Part shown: piece by piece, positions 52,501 to 64,000 of the stretch
How positions within the stretch are numbered: position 1 is the first letter of the stretch
Layout of the letters: the number at the start of each line of letters is the position of its first letter
Origin: an uncultured Acidobacteriota bacterium
GTDB lineage: Bacteria; Acidobacteriota; Thermoanaerobaculia; Gp7-AA8
Assembly (NCBI GenBank): GCA_963741955.1
Contig: CAVUKB010000005.1
Location: 224,001-288,000, forward strand
Length of the DNA: 64,000 nucleotides
Reading direction: 5' to 3'
Notes under the pieces: model-generated
Databases searched by the model: none
What the model was told of the DNA's origin: nothing
Seen by the model: the letters and a program-made list of their open reading frames with translations, nothing else
Program-made: the position numbers and the translations under genes

Positions 52501-52667
52501 CGGGATCCGGTCAGAACGGGCGATGTGACCGTAACCGTCACGCCCGGGACCGCCGTCCCTGCGGCAGTCACCGTTCCGCTCAGCGACCCCGTCGTGGTTT
52601 GCCCGAGGGCACCCATGGCCACGAACAGGAAACCGATTGTGAGGACCAGGAAACGATTCAACTTCAT
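49515..52667 (-). CDS. TonB-dependent receptor with an N-terminal carboxypeptidase-like domain
   Basis: AGGAGG RBS, signal peptide, EEVTVTGS, RTLVLVNG, GASAVYGADAVAGVVNF, GNPDLNPE, GVNNIAD and YDPYGRY. Confidence 0.93.
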   Translation of the reverse strand: MKLNRFLVLTIGFLFVAMGALGQTTTGSLSGTVTAAGTAVPGVTVTVTSPVLTGSRTTTTNAAGSYEFAGLFAGDYAVTYELQGFETMTKHVTIGADQSATLDADLQAATGAKYGEEVTVTGSLIPRPTIESMSPVTTLDVEQLKYQGSTRVEEFLTNLPQIFTAQNSTYSNGASGTATIDLRHLGATRTLVLVNGHRMPAGDRFALSPDLNMIPGELVKRVDVLTGGASAVYGADAVAGVVNFVLDTEFEGLKAGILGGGFQHNNDSAVARQINEARGFNVPTGSVWDGGQLEAYAAYGGKFGSEKGHGMFYVDYRENQALLKDRRDYTNCSVTGLSASGPACSGSSTTPLGRFLVPDTGKSYTLDTAGPGDTFKPGYALFNFATYNYMQRPDRRWTAGGFLNYNFNSHAQGYGSVMLMDDNTDAQIAPSGNFFSTSAINCDNPMMSAQERQIICTDNGYGPTDDAPLYIGRRNVEGGARTDLLTHQSYRIVGGMKGDINKAWSYDVSGVHADTKVPETYINDLDSRRLQQALFVTGDPNDPSTWQCRDATARSEGCVPWNLFKVGGVTQAALDYIRIPLLSNTDLVTQTLDATARADLGQYGITFPTAAEGVKLALGYSFNRFSINFQPDQAYQLGIGAGQGGPTPPVVGSYHANEMFAELLLPIMQGVPGAKDLSVSLGYRTSDYSTTGRFPTYKAQVSYAPTADFKIRGGYNRATRSPNIVELFRPQGITLGGSQDICAGENPSATLEQCQRTGVTPAQYGHILDNPAEQYNTLSGGNPDLNPEIADTYTLGLVLTPRGLPNFNATFDYYNIKLKDTIGTLGADQVISACADTGDPDLCSLIHRDALGTLWLTPQGYTVATNVNIGQNKGEGVDVTSSWLKPMGSNSFNVSLIGTYMLKDYINTGLYAYDCQGYFGDQCGEPDTDWSHLMYFTYQFGPAAVTLGWRYIGQTKIDASNPAPALYAPGDLAAYKAVGSYQLPATNYFDLSANYNLMQNVSLSVGVNNIADKTPPLGAGLSFVDYAPGFAGLYDPYGRYIHGALTFHLQ

Positions 52668-53226
52668 CGGGACCTCCTTCTCTTTCGTCGTGAAAACCTC
52701 ATTCAGGGGTGATTCTGGACCTGGACCTGTTCTCCGCATTCGATCACTGATCGTTCACAGGAACGACACGGATTATTGACGGAAACGGTACTGCGTTTCG
52801 AAGTCGAAGTCCATAGACAAGCTCGTAATGCTGATTTCAACTCTTGCCTTTTCAGTGACTTCGCGACGTTTCACCCCGCTCGGGCGTAAGAACGTCTTCA
52901 TGAATGGCTTGGGAGGCAATGTCACGATTCGGTGAACGAGAACCGGCGTGCTGCAACGGTGGTGCCGTTGAACGCGATTCCGTAACTCGAGCGAATGCAA
53001 AGACTTGTGACCGGCCGCGTTCGCATTCGATTCGAGAATCCGAAACATCGATACAGATTCTCGGAGGATGGTCGTTCGTCTCTGCCGCGGGGCGTGCAGC
53101 TCCGGGAGGATGCCACCAGGAACAACCGGCGGTTTCGGAATTCCGAATTCCGGTTTTGGGTCCCGAATGGACCTCGAGTAGCCGGTGATTCAGAAATCGG
53201 AATCGCCGATTCTGTGCCTGGCAACG

Positions 53227-54720
53227 AGTGGGTTGGACGTCCCGTCCGATGCTCAGTGGGTTGGACGTCCCGTCCGATGCTCAGTGGGTTGGACGTCCCG
53301 TCCGATGCAGGGCGGCGTCCCGCGCCGCCCTGCTCCAGGCCGGGCTACGACGATCCTCGCCGAGAAGAGAGCCAGGAACCGACCGCGGCGCGAGAGGTAC
53401 GAGCCGCGTATCGTTGATGCCATCGCTCCCCGGCAGGATGCCGGGGAGCCTCGCGCGAGACGCGCGACCCACTTTGGAGGGCGGCGTCCCGCGCCGCCCT
53501 GCTCAGGGCAAGCTACGACGATCCTCCCGAGTAGAGAGACACGAACGCACCGCGGCGCGAGAGGTACGAGCCGCGTGTCGTTGATGCCATCGCTCCCCGG
53601 CAGGATGCCGGGGAGCCTCGCGCGGGACGCGCGACCCACTTGTGGGTTGGACGTCCCGTCCGATGCTCAGTGGGTTGGACGTCCCGTCCGATGCAGGGCG
53701 GCGTCCCGCGCCGCCCTGCTCCAGGGCAAGTCACGACGATCCTCGCCGAGAAGAGAGGCAGGAACCGACCGCGGCGCGAGAGGTACGATTCGCGTGGCGT
53801 TGATGCCATCGCTCCCCGGCAGGATGCCGGGGAGCCTCGCGCGGGACGCGCGACCCACTTGTGGGTTGGACGTCCCGTCCGATGCTCAGTGGGTTGGACG
53901 TCCCGTCCGATGCAGGGCGGCGTCCCGCGCCGCCCTGCTCAGGGCAAGTCACGACGATCTTCGCCGAGAAGAGAGACGCGAACCGACCGCATCGCGAGAG
54001 GTACGATTCGCGTGGCGTTGATGCCATCGCTCCCCGGCAGGATGCCGGGGAGCCTCGCGCGGGACGCGCGACCCACTTTGCAGGGCGGCGTCCCGCGCCG
54101 CCCTGCTCAGGGCAAGTCACGACGATCTTCGCCGAGAAGAGAGGCAGGAACCGACCGCATCGCGAGAGGTACGATTCGCGTGGCGTTGATGCCATCGCTC
54201 CCCGGCAGGATGCCGGGGAGCCTCGCGCGGGACGCGCGACCCACTTGTGGGTTGGACGTCCCGTCCGATGCTCAGTGGGTTGGACGTCCCGTCCGATGCA
54301 GGGTGGCGTCCCGCGCCGCCCTGCTCCAGGGCGGGCTACGACGATCCTCCCGAGTAGAGAGACACGAACGCACCGCGGCGCGAGAGGTACGAGCCGCGTG
54401 TCGTTGATGCCATCGCTCCCCGGCAGGATGCCGGGGAGCCTCGCGCGAGACGCGCGACCCACTTTGCAGGGCGGCGTCCCGCGCCGCCCTGCTCCAGGGC
54501 GGGCTACGACGATCCTCGCCGAGAAGAGAGGCAGGAACCGACCGCGGCGCGAGAGGTACGATTCGCGTGGCGTTGATGCCATCGCTCCCCGGCAGGATGC
54601 CGGGAGCCTCGCGCGGGACGCGCGACCCACTTACGCGCGACCCACTTACGCGCGACCCACTTACGCGCGACCCACTTACGCGCGACTCACTTACGCGCGA
54701 CCCACTTGCGCCGCCCTGCC
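53227..54720. repeat. Tandem array C: 7 units of the array B family, with 28-bp and 15-bp terminal micro-arrays
   Basis: Landmark at 53431, 53598, 53817, 54035, 54203, 54421 and 54590 (spacings ~168 or ~218). A 28-bp unit x3 at 53228 and ACGCGCGACCCACTT x6 at 54618-54707. Confidence 0.95.
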
Positions 54721-54742
54721 ATATTTACAATTCTCTGCCGGG

Positions 54743-54976
54743 TCAGCGGCGAACGTCGGACAACATCCGCTCGTAATCCTCGCGCGTGATCTCTCCACGC
54801 GCGTATCGCTCTTTCAGGATCTGCTCCGCGCTTGCCGTACTCCCGGCTCCAGGAGCGGAGGCGCCGCCACGCATCGCCCGCGACATTCCCCAGATGATCA
54901 CTCCCAGCAGGATCAGCAGAAACACCCACCAGAAGATCATTCCGAATCCCATTCCGTATCCGTATCCCCAGTGCAT
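54743..54976 (-). CDS. Small membrane protein with a SHOCT domain
   Basis: G/M-rich N-terminus, one transmembrane helix, and ILKERYARGEITREDYE. Confidence 0.85.
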   Translation of the reverse strand: MHWGYGYGMGFGMIFWWVFLLILLGVIIWGMSRAMRGGASAPGAGSTASAEQILKERYARGEITREDYERMLSDVRR

Positions 54977-54986
54977 ACGACTCTCC

Positions 54987-57866
<2,880 letters not shown>

Positions 57867-57882
57867 CTCGATTCTCCCGGAT

Positions 57883-58215
57883 TCATCGCGCGTATTTCTT
57901 GAACAGGTCCGTCAGCTCGCCATAGACCACTTCCGCACGTGCAGTGTCCCTAGAGCGGATCGCGTCGGTCACGCAGTGCCGGAGATGGCTCTGAAGAAGC
58001 ACCTGCGCCGCGCCGCGAAGAGACTCCTGAACCGCCGAGATCTGCATCAGGACGTCGGGACAGTACCGATCTTCCTCGATCATCCTCTGCACGCCGCGCA
58101 CCTGACCCTCGATTCTGCGGAAGCGGTCGAGCAGTTTCCGCCGCCCCGACTCGTCCAGGCTCCCCTTCGGGTGCTCACACTCTCCAGGGTCGCTTTTCGT
58201 TCTGTTCGTCGCCAC
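57883..58215 (-). CDS. csoR: CsoR-family copper-sensing repressor
   Basis: [15 protein letters not shown] and HLRHC (C-H-C ligands). AGGAGG RBS with GTG start. Confidence 0.9.
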   Translation of the reverse strand: MATNRTKSDPGECEHPKGSLDESGRRKLLDRFRRIEGQVRGVQRMIEEDRYCPDVLMQISAVQESLRGAAQVLLQSHLRHCVTDAIRSRDTARAEVVYGELTDLFKKYAR

Positions 58216-58239
58216 ACGTCACCTCCTGTGGGACAAAAC

Positions 58240-58256
58240 ATACCATGGGGGGGTAT
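58240..58256. promoter_or_regulatory. CsoR operator
   Basis: ATACC-ATGGGGG-GGTAT (TAC/GTA inverted repeat around a G tract) directly upstream of csoR. Confidence 0.8.
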
Positions 58257-58443
58257 TCTATTCCAACGAGGTGCGGCCTTCCCTGATCAGGCTCCGGAAT
58301 CGGGTGTGGGTCGGGAGATCACGATCGAGCCGAAGGCGCGTAGGGTTTGGGCCCCCGGCAATCTTCTTCTTCGGCCACGAGCTCATGCCCGGGCCTCGAC
58401 GAAGTGTTGCCGGACCCGGGAAGCCAGCGCAGACTGGGTCGGT

Positions 58444-59706
58444 TCAGGCCTTCGCCGCAACCGCGGCGGCGGCTTCAGCGATCTTGACCAGCGCCGAGAT
58501 CTCGCTCTCGTCGAGGATACGGTCGCTCTGCTTTGCAGCGTTCAGCACGGTCTGCACGATCGCCGGTTCGCTCGGCATCTCCCGCTCACGCAGGTACCAC
58601 GATACGTTCGACGCTCCCGACATCGGGCCGATCTCGATCGTCTGCGTCCGTCCGATCATTCCCGCAGGCACTCCGGAATAGACTCGATCCGCGAGCCAGT
58701 CGTGCCCCCTCTTCTTGGCTTTCACGATCGCCGCCGCATGGACGCCTGTCGCGGTCCGGAAACAGTCGCGTCCCACCACCGGTTGGTTCACTCCGATCGA
58801 CATTCCGGTCGCTTTCGCGACGAGGTCGATGTACTCGGGGAGACGCGTGAGATCGTCGTCTCTGAGACCGAGAAGCTGGAGATTCACCAGAAGCTGTTCC
58901 ATCGGCGTGTTGCCGACTCTCTCTCCGATACCGAGCGCCGTTCCATGCACCCGCGTCGCACCGGCCTCGATCGCAGCGAGACTGTTCGCCAGATCCAGTC
59001 CCCGATCGCGATGCCCGTGCCAGTCGATGCCGACGTCCACGCCCATTCCAGTGATCAGTTCCTTCGCCCAGGAGACGAGGTTGTACACCGCATCCGGAAC
59101 GGCTGCGCCGCACGTATCGCAGAGACAGACGCGCGAGGCGCCCTCGTCGATCGCTGCGCGCAGGAGCGGCTCCAGATCTTCCGGCGAAGAGCGAACGGTA
59201 TCTTCGGTCACATACATCACGCCCAGTCCTTCGCGCACTGCGAAGCGGACCGCATCCCTCGTCTGCCGGAGAATGAACTCGAGCTCCCACTCTTCCGCGT
59301 ACTGCCGGATCGGGCTGCTCCCGATGAAGATGGCCGCGTCCATCGGAACTCCCGTAATCTGGGAGATCTCCGCGATCGGCTGGATGTCGACCATCATCGT
59401 GCGTGCCGCGCAGTTCGGCCGGATCCGCATCCGCTGTTCGGAGATCTCCCGGCAGAGTCGAAGTACCGCCTGATACTGGCGGGCTCCCGCGCCGGGCAGA
59501 CCGATGTCGGCAGTCTCGATGCCGAAACCTTCCATCAGGTGGAGGATCTGAACCTTGGTCTCGAGCGCCGGATCGACCACCGAGGGACTCTGAAGGCCGT
59601 CGCGCAGAGTCTCGTCGTCCAGCATCACGTGTTTCGGCCACTTCGCCTGCCGCCGTCCCGCGCGTGCCCAGTCGTAAATGAGGTTGGTCTCGTCGAGTGT
59701 ATCCAT
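58444..59706 (-). CDS. LeuA-like DRE-TIM acyltransferase (2-isopropylmalate synthase family, no regulatory domain)
   Basis: DETLRDGLQ, LCDTCG, WHGHRDRG, GERVGN and GPMSG. GGGAGG RBS. Confidence 0.85.
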   Translation of the reverse strand: MDTLDETNLIYDWARAGRRQAKWPKHVMLDDETLRDGLQSPSVVDPALETKVQILHLMEGFGIETADIGLPGAGARQYQAVLRLCREISEQRMRIRPNCAARTMMVDIQPIAEISQITGVPMDAAIFIGSSPIRQYAEEWELEFILRQTRDAVRFAVREGLGVMYVTEDTVRSSPEDLEPLLRAAIDEGASRVCLCDTCGAAVPDAVYNLVSWAKELITGMGVDVGIDWHGHRDRGLDLANSLAAIEAGATRVHGTALGIGERVGNTPMEQLLVNLQLLGLRDDDLTRLPEYIDLVAKATGMSIGVNQPVVGRDCFRTATGVHAAAIVKAKKRGHDWLADRVYSGVPAGMIGRTQTIEIGPMSGASNVSWYLREREMPSEPAIVQTVLNAAKQSDRILDESEISALVKIAEAAAAVAAKA

Positions 59707-59738
59707 GTCGCCTCCCCGGGCGTCTTTCAAAAATGCAT

Positions 59739-60467
59739 CTACTTCGTCACCAGGCTCGACCCGAATTCGTTCGCCCGTCGCAGGAGATCCTCGGCCGCAT
59801 CGAGGTCTCCCTGAGAGCGACGGATCAGAGAAAGGTGGTAGAGACTGCTCACCTCTCCCACTCCTTCGTCGAGACTCCGCTGGAAAGCCCTCGCCGCAGC
59901 GATGAGATTGCCTCGCCGCTCGTGGATCACGCCGATGTGGTAATGCGCCATCAGGTACTCGGGCGTGAGGGCGGTGGAAGTCTCGAAGTGCTCGAGCGCC
60001 TCCTCGAGCTGCCCCGCATGGAAGAGGGAGATCGCCAGCCGGTAGTGCGCTGCGTTGTAGTTCGGATCGATCTCGAGACATCGCCGGAACGCGTTCGCTG
60101 CCTCGATCATGTTGCCGCGGTGGTAGAACGCGACGCCGAGGTCGTAGTGAGCGACGACGAAATCGGGAGCCCCCTCGATCGCTTTTCGATAGCGATCGAC
60201 CGCGGAATCGAGGAGTCCCTGATGGAAAAGGAGAGTCCCCAGCAGATGGTTTGCGAGCACGTGATCCGGCTCGGCCTGGAGGATACGCTCCAGGTCGCGT
60301 CGTGCTCCCTTGCTCTCACCCTGCCGCTCTTCCACCAGCGCGAACAGGAGCCGGTGATCGGTCCACGCGTCGCGCAGAAACGCGCCGCACTCGGCGCAGA
60401 ATTTGTCCTGTGAGGTCGAGACTCTGCCGCAGCGGCGGCATCGACCGTCCGAAGTCTGTTCTGTCAT
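59739..60467 (-). CDS. Zinc-ribbon plus TPR protein
   Basis: CRRCG...FCAECG followed by TPR repeats (AHYDLG, AHYRLA, AHYHIG). Confidence 0.85.
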   Translation of the reverse strand: MTEQTSDGRCRRCGRVSTSQDKFCAECGAFLRDAWTDHRLLFALVEERQGESKGARRDLERILQAEPDHVLANHLLGTLLFHQGLLDSAVDRYRKAIEGAPDFVVAHYDLGVAFYHRGNMIEAANAFRRCLEIDPNYNAAHYRLAISLFHAGQLEEALEHFETSTALTPEYLMAHYHIGVIHERRGNLIAAARAFQRSLDEGVGEVSSLYHLSLIRRSQGDLDAAEDLLRRANEFGSSLVTK

Positions 60468-60506
60468 GGTCTCCTCCGTGTCACTCCTGATCCGTCGAAT
60501 CTCATT

Positions 60507-61004
60507 TCAATCGCTTGGTGCGGTGGGATCGATCGAACAATCGAGACAGAGCCGCGCCGCCGGTCTGAAGCCTTCGCTGCGGAAGAATCCGAGGAGTTCG
60601 AGCTCGTCCCAGCCGACTTCCGTGCGGAGCGTCGACACGCCGAGCGCTCCGAGATTGATCCTCAGTTGATGCATCAGGCGGTGCCCCACACCGTGCCCGC
60701 GGTACGCCGGGTCCACGCCGATCGACTCGATCGACGAGGTCGGCTCGGTCAGTCCGTATTCACCATAGAAGAGTGAAGCGAGAAGAAATCCGACCACGAT
60801 CCCTTCCGTTTCGGCGACCAGAGAGACTTGTAGCGCGGCCTGGCGGACGCTGCGTTCGATCATCAACTCGAAATAGCGCGGGCGCCGCCGTCCTGATGCG
60901 ATTGCGTCGATCCGCACGATCGCGTCGAGATCCGTCTCCCGCATCGTGCGGACTTCGACCGCCGATCGTTCGGCCTGTTCCACCGTCTCTTCCACGACCA
61001 TCAT
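60507..61004 (-). CDS. GNAT acetyltransferase (BadL-like context)
   Basis: GVDPAYRGHGVG acetyl-CoA motif and FFRSEGF. GGAGG RBS. Confidence 0.85.
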   Translation of the reverse strand: MMVVEETVEQAERSAVEVRTMRETDLDAIVRIDAIASGRRRPRYFELMIERSVRQAALQVSLVAETEGIVVGFLLASLFYGEYGLTEPTSSIESIGVDPAYRGHGVGHRLMHQLRINLGALGVSTLRTEVGWDELELLGFFRSEGFRPAARLCLDCSIDPTAPSD

Positions 61005-61039
61005 CGACCTCCGTCCGGCTCCGCCGGTCCCCGTGACCA

Positions 61040-61756
61040 CTAACTTCCGAGATACTGTCCCGCGTCGACGCGGAGAATCTGCCCGGTGACCCGGCGGCCT
61101 CCCAGCCCGGAGAGATAGACCACCGCCGCTGCCACGTCGTCCGGTTCGACGAACTCCCCGGTCAGTGTTTCGTTCAGTGCCGTCTTTCGCACTTCCGCCG
61201 GCAGCCCTTCGGTCATCGACGTCCGCACCCATCCCGGCTCCACGACATTGACGAGAATCCCGAACCGTCCCGCTTCGCGGCTGACGCTCTTCGCGAGTCC
61301 TATCAATCCCGCCTTGCTCGCAGCGTAGGCGGATGTGCCGCGCTTTCCGCGCGAGCCGTTGATCGATCCGATCAGGACGATCCGTCCGCCGCCGATCCGC
61401 CGCATGACCGGGATGGCATGCCGGATGAGTAGAAAGGCGCCGCGGAGATTGACCGTCTGGACCGCATCCCACTCTTCGACCGCGAGCTTCCAGATCACCG
61501 CATCGCGCGAGATGCCGGCGCAGTGGACTGCGATGTCGATCCGGCCGTGCGTCCGGTCGATCCGGGTGATCGCCTCACCGACTGCGCCGTCGTCAGAGAG
61601 ATCGCAGCGCTCGAATTCAACACCTGACCCCGCGTGGCTGACGTCCAGTCCGACCACCGTCGCGCCGCGATCGCGGAGCGCCTCACAGATCACCGATCCG
61701 ATGCTCCCCGAGGATCCGGTGACGACCGCGACGCGTCCTTCCAGCTCCCGAGTCAT
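61040..61756 (-). CDS. SDR-family oxidoreductase
   Basis: VTGSSGSIG, HCAGI, YAASK, PGWVRT and VTGQILRVDAG. Confidence 0.92.
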   Translation of the reverse strand: MTRELEGRVAVVTGSSGSIGSVICEALRDRGATVVGLDVSHAGSGVEFERCDLSDDGAVGEAITRIDRTHGRIDIAVHCAGISRDAVIWKLAVEEWDAVQTVNLRGAFLLIRHAIPVMRRIGGGRIVLIGSINGSRGKRGTSAYAASKAGLIGLAKSVSREAGRFGILVNVVEPGWVRTSMTEGLPAEVRKTALNETLTGEFVEPDDVAAAVVYLSGLGGRRVTGQILRVDAGQYLGS

Positions 61757-62631
61757 GATCGCTGCTCCGCGCGCCGGGCAAGAACGCGATGACGGTACGC
61801 ACCCCAGAGTGCCGCCCCGATCGCTCCGGCGTGAATGGAGTGCGGGTGCGCTCTCACTTCGAGTCCGATCGTCTCTTCGGCCAGCTTCTCCGAGAGCGCC
61901 GCAACCAGGCCTTCATCCGCGGCGAGTCCTCCGGTGACCGCCACGGTTCCCGTCGCGCCGATGGAGCGAAGCAGCTTCACGAAGCGCCCCGCCATCGAGA
62001 GGTGAATTCCTTTCAGGATGTCCGCCGTCGAGATCCCTCGGCTGACCATGTTGATGACATCGGTTTCGGCCAGCACCGCGCAGATGCTGCTGACCATCTC
62101 CGGACTTCTTGCGCTCCGCGAAAGCGGGCCGATGTCCTCCAGCGTGATGCCGAGATAGCGCGCGACATTCTCCAGGAACTGTCCGGTTCCCGATGCACAC
62201 TGCGACGTCATCCGGTACCCGAGGACTTTGCTCTTCCCGTCGATCTTCATCGCACGTGCGTGCAGTGCGCCGACGTCGAGGACCGCGGTCGCGCCCTCCA
62301 TCAGGAAGCCCGCTCCGCGTGCGTGAGTCGTCATTCCGTAGAAGTGACCCCTCCGGAAATCGACCATCTCCCCTTCGCCGGTCGTGGCGACGTACGCGAT
62401 GTCGCCTCTCTCCACGCCGGCCTCCTCGAGTGCCACGCGGTAGGCATCGGCAATCACTGCACGAAGATCCCGGCGCCGGATGCGATCCGTTCGAAGAGCG
62501 AGAATCCGAGGGCCGTCGCCATTCGCTTCGGTGATCACCGCCGTCTTGACCGAGCTCGAGCCGACGTCGATCCCTGCGGTGACCAGCGGCTCCGCGATCC
62601 GCGGTTCCAGGCGTTGCAGTTGCGTGCTCAT
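61753..62631 (-). CDS. bcrD: Benzoyl-CoA reductase subunit D
   Basis: AGIDVG, YVATTGEGE, GHFYGMTTHARGA, MTSQCASGTGQFLEN and SSICAVLAETD match class I BcrD as I recall it. Confidence 0.9.
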   Translation of the reverse strand: MSTQLQRLEPRIAEPLVTAGIDVGSSSVKTAVITEANGDGPRILALRTDRIRRRDLRAVIADAYRVALEEAGVERGDIAYVATTGEGEMVDFRRGHFYGMTTHARGAGFLMEGATAVLDVGALHARAMKIDGKSKVLGYRMTSQCASGTGQFLENVARYLGITLEDIGPLSRSARSPEMVSSICAVLAETDVINMVSRGISTADILKGIHLSMAGRFVKLLRSIGATGTVAVTGGLAADEGLVAALSEKLAEETIGLEVRAHPHSIHAGAIGAALWGAYRHRVLARRAEQRS

Positions 62632-63953
62632 GCCGCTCTCTCTCCGTCCCGCCGCGCGAAGAGCGCCGCGCCGAGCGCACCGGTGAAAATCGAGTCCGAC
62701 GAGATGTTCGTGGTCCGCGGACCGTAGTTCTCACGAACCAGTTCGTCGAGAGCCGCGACGGCAGCGGGATTGCGAGCCACTCCGCCGGTGAAGGTGAACT
62801 CGTCCGAGACTCCGCCCGATCGCGCCAGCAGAGACATCGCGCGCAACATGATCGCCCGGTGCAGCCCGGCGAGGATGTCCTCTCGCTTCTGTCCGAGAGA
62901 AAGGCGGTCGCGGAGCTCCGCCCCCGCGAAAACCGTGCAGGTACTGTTGATCTTCACCCGTGCGGTGCTCTCCTGAGCGAGAGGCCCGAGCTCGTGCAGC
63001 CCCAGGTTCATCTCGTCCGCGATGTACCCGAGGTATCGGCCGCAGCCCGCAGCACAGCGGTCGTTCATCTGAAAGCTGGTGACGATGCCGTCGGCATCGA
63101 GCTGGATCGCCTTGGTGTCCTGTCCGCCGATGTCGAGCACCGTGCGGGTGGAGGGGAACATCGCGTGAGCGCCGAGACCGTGGCAGAGGATCTCGCTCCG
63201 GATCTGTTCCTTCGGGAACGGGAGTCGCTGCCGTCCGTATCCGGTTCCGACCGTCGCGATCTCCTTCAGTTCGATGGCCCGGACTTCGTCCACCGCGATC
63301 CGCAACCGGTCCGCCATTCCTCGCAGCTCGGATGGGCTCTGCTCGATCGCATTCGCCGCGGCGGTGCCGATCAGCCGGTCGAAAGCTCCATCGGTGACCG
63401 AGTTCTCCACCTTGAGGATCGCGGCGTCGAAGATCCCGCAGAGGACTTCGAAGCTGATCCCTTTGGGATCGGAGCTCTCCTCCGCCAGATGCATGAAGTC
63501 GGCGGCGGCGAGGTCGCGGAAGAAATCGCTGCGCCGCGTCACGCCCGGAGCGAAATGGTCGCCTGCGCGGGCGAACATCGTTGCGGAGAGAGCGTCGATT
63601 TTCGAGATCAGCTCTCCCCGCCAGTGCCCGTGCTTCGGGACGTCGGCTCCGGCATGCATCGCCTCACGCAGCGTCTCCAGATGCTCGAGATGCTGCAGAA
63701 GGCGGAAATTCGATTCGAGCAGCGAGAGAAACGTCTCGCTTTCCGAGACTCCGGCGTCTGCGATTCTTGCGCTGGTCATCGCGAAACGGGCGCGTACGAA
63801 CGCTTCGTCACGCACCACCTTGCAGGCCACGTCGTAGTTGCTCCGGCTGTTGGTGATGCCCCGGCCGAGGACGCGGCCACCGGAATCGAGGACCACGGCC
63901 TTGGTGGTCGTCGAGCCGAGGTCGATCCCGACCACCACTTCGACGGTGCTCAT
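62628..63953 (-). CDS. bcrA: Benzoyl-CoA reductase subunit A
   Basis: GIDLGSTTTKAV, GRGITNSRSNYD, GTGYGR, SEILCHG, MNDRCAAGCG and NSTCTVFA. Confidence 0.9.
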   Translation of the reverse strand: MSTVEVVVGIDLGSTTTKAVVLDSGGRVLGRGITNSRSNYDVACKVVRDEAFVRARFAMTSARIADAGVSESETFLSLLESNFRLLQHLEHLETLREAMHAGADVPKHGHWRGELISKIDALSATMFARAGDHFAPGVTRRSDFFRDLAAADFMHLAEESSDPKGISFEVLCGIFDAAILKVENSVTDGAFDRLIGTAAANAIEQSPSELRGMADRLRIAVDEVRAIELKEIATVGTGYGRQRLPFPKEQIRSEILCHGLGAHAMFPSTRTVLDIGGQDTKAIQLDADGIVTSFQMNDRCAAGCGRYLGYIADEMNLGLHELGPLAQESTARVKINSTCTVFAGAELRDRLSLGQKREDILAGLHRAIMLRAMSLLARSGGVSDEFTFTGGVARNPAAVAALDELVRENYGPRTTNISSDSIFTGALGAALFARRDGERAA

Positions 63954-64000
63954 ACCGCGGCCTCCCGCTTCTGGTCGAGCATCTGCAGATAGCTCTCGAT
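63950..64000 (-). CDS. C-terminus of the upstream gene, probably benzoyl-CoA reductase subunit B (partial)
   Basis: IESYLQMLDQKREAAV* with a 4-bp overlap to bcrA. The usual gene order is bcrCBAD. Confidence 0.6.
   Translation of the reverse strand: MESYLQMLDQKREAAV

Noticed and set aside
49449-52712. 1087-aa plus-strand ORF
   Set aside because: Antisense shadow of the TonB-dependent receptor caused by high-GC codon bias.
53129-53214. Palindromes TTCGGAATTCCGAA and CAGAAATCGG...CCGATTCTG before array C; possible riboswitch for the TonB receptor
   Set aside because: I could not recognise cobalamin or TPP riboswitch core motifs. An Rfam scan would be needed.
45355-54720. Arrays B and C as CRISPR or TIGR-type guide arrays
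   Set aside because: The sequences between the short repeats are themselves near-identical, so there are no unique spacers, and no cas or Nop-domain gene is in the window.

Overview
High-GC bacterial chromosomal window, probably Acidobacteriota/Thermoanaerobaculia-like (inferred from gene content only). It has about 50 CDSs. These include trmB, a FadL + SGNH lipase pair, a Rieske/cytochrome b/11-heme cytochrome c operon, comM, a heterodimeric ABC exporter, a sigma-70 factor with two sigma-4 domains, a decayed S8 protease, and dnaK-hspR with a HAIR operator. Further along are an Fe/Mn SOD, typA, a frameshifted PAS-GAF-GGDEF-EAL gene, dinB, a TonB-dependent receptor, csoR-copA, and the end of a class I benzoyl-CoA reductase (bcrBAD) cluster. 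About 5 kb is large intergenic tandem arrays that the ORFs do not explain: a 201-bp x7 array (1049-2520) and two related arrays of hairpin-rich units (45355-47464 and 53227-54720). The hairpin stems in the latter two covary and share a GTGGG-stem-TCY-loop grammar, resembling REP/BIME elements but much larger, and no transposase is visible in the window. I saw no rRNA, tRNA, CRISPR, integrase or reverse transcriptase. All product calls come from motif recognition by eye; no database searches were run.
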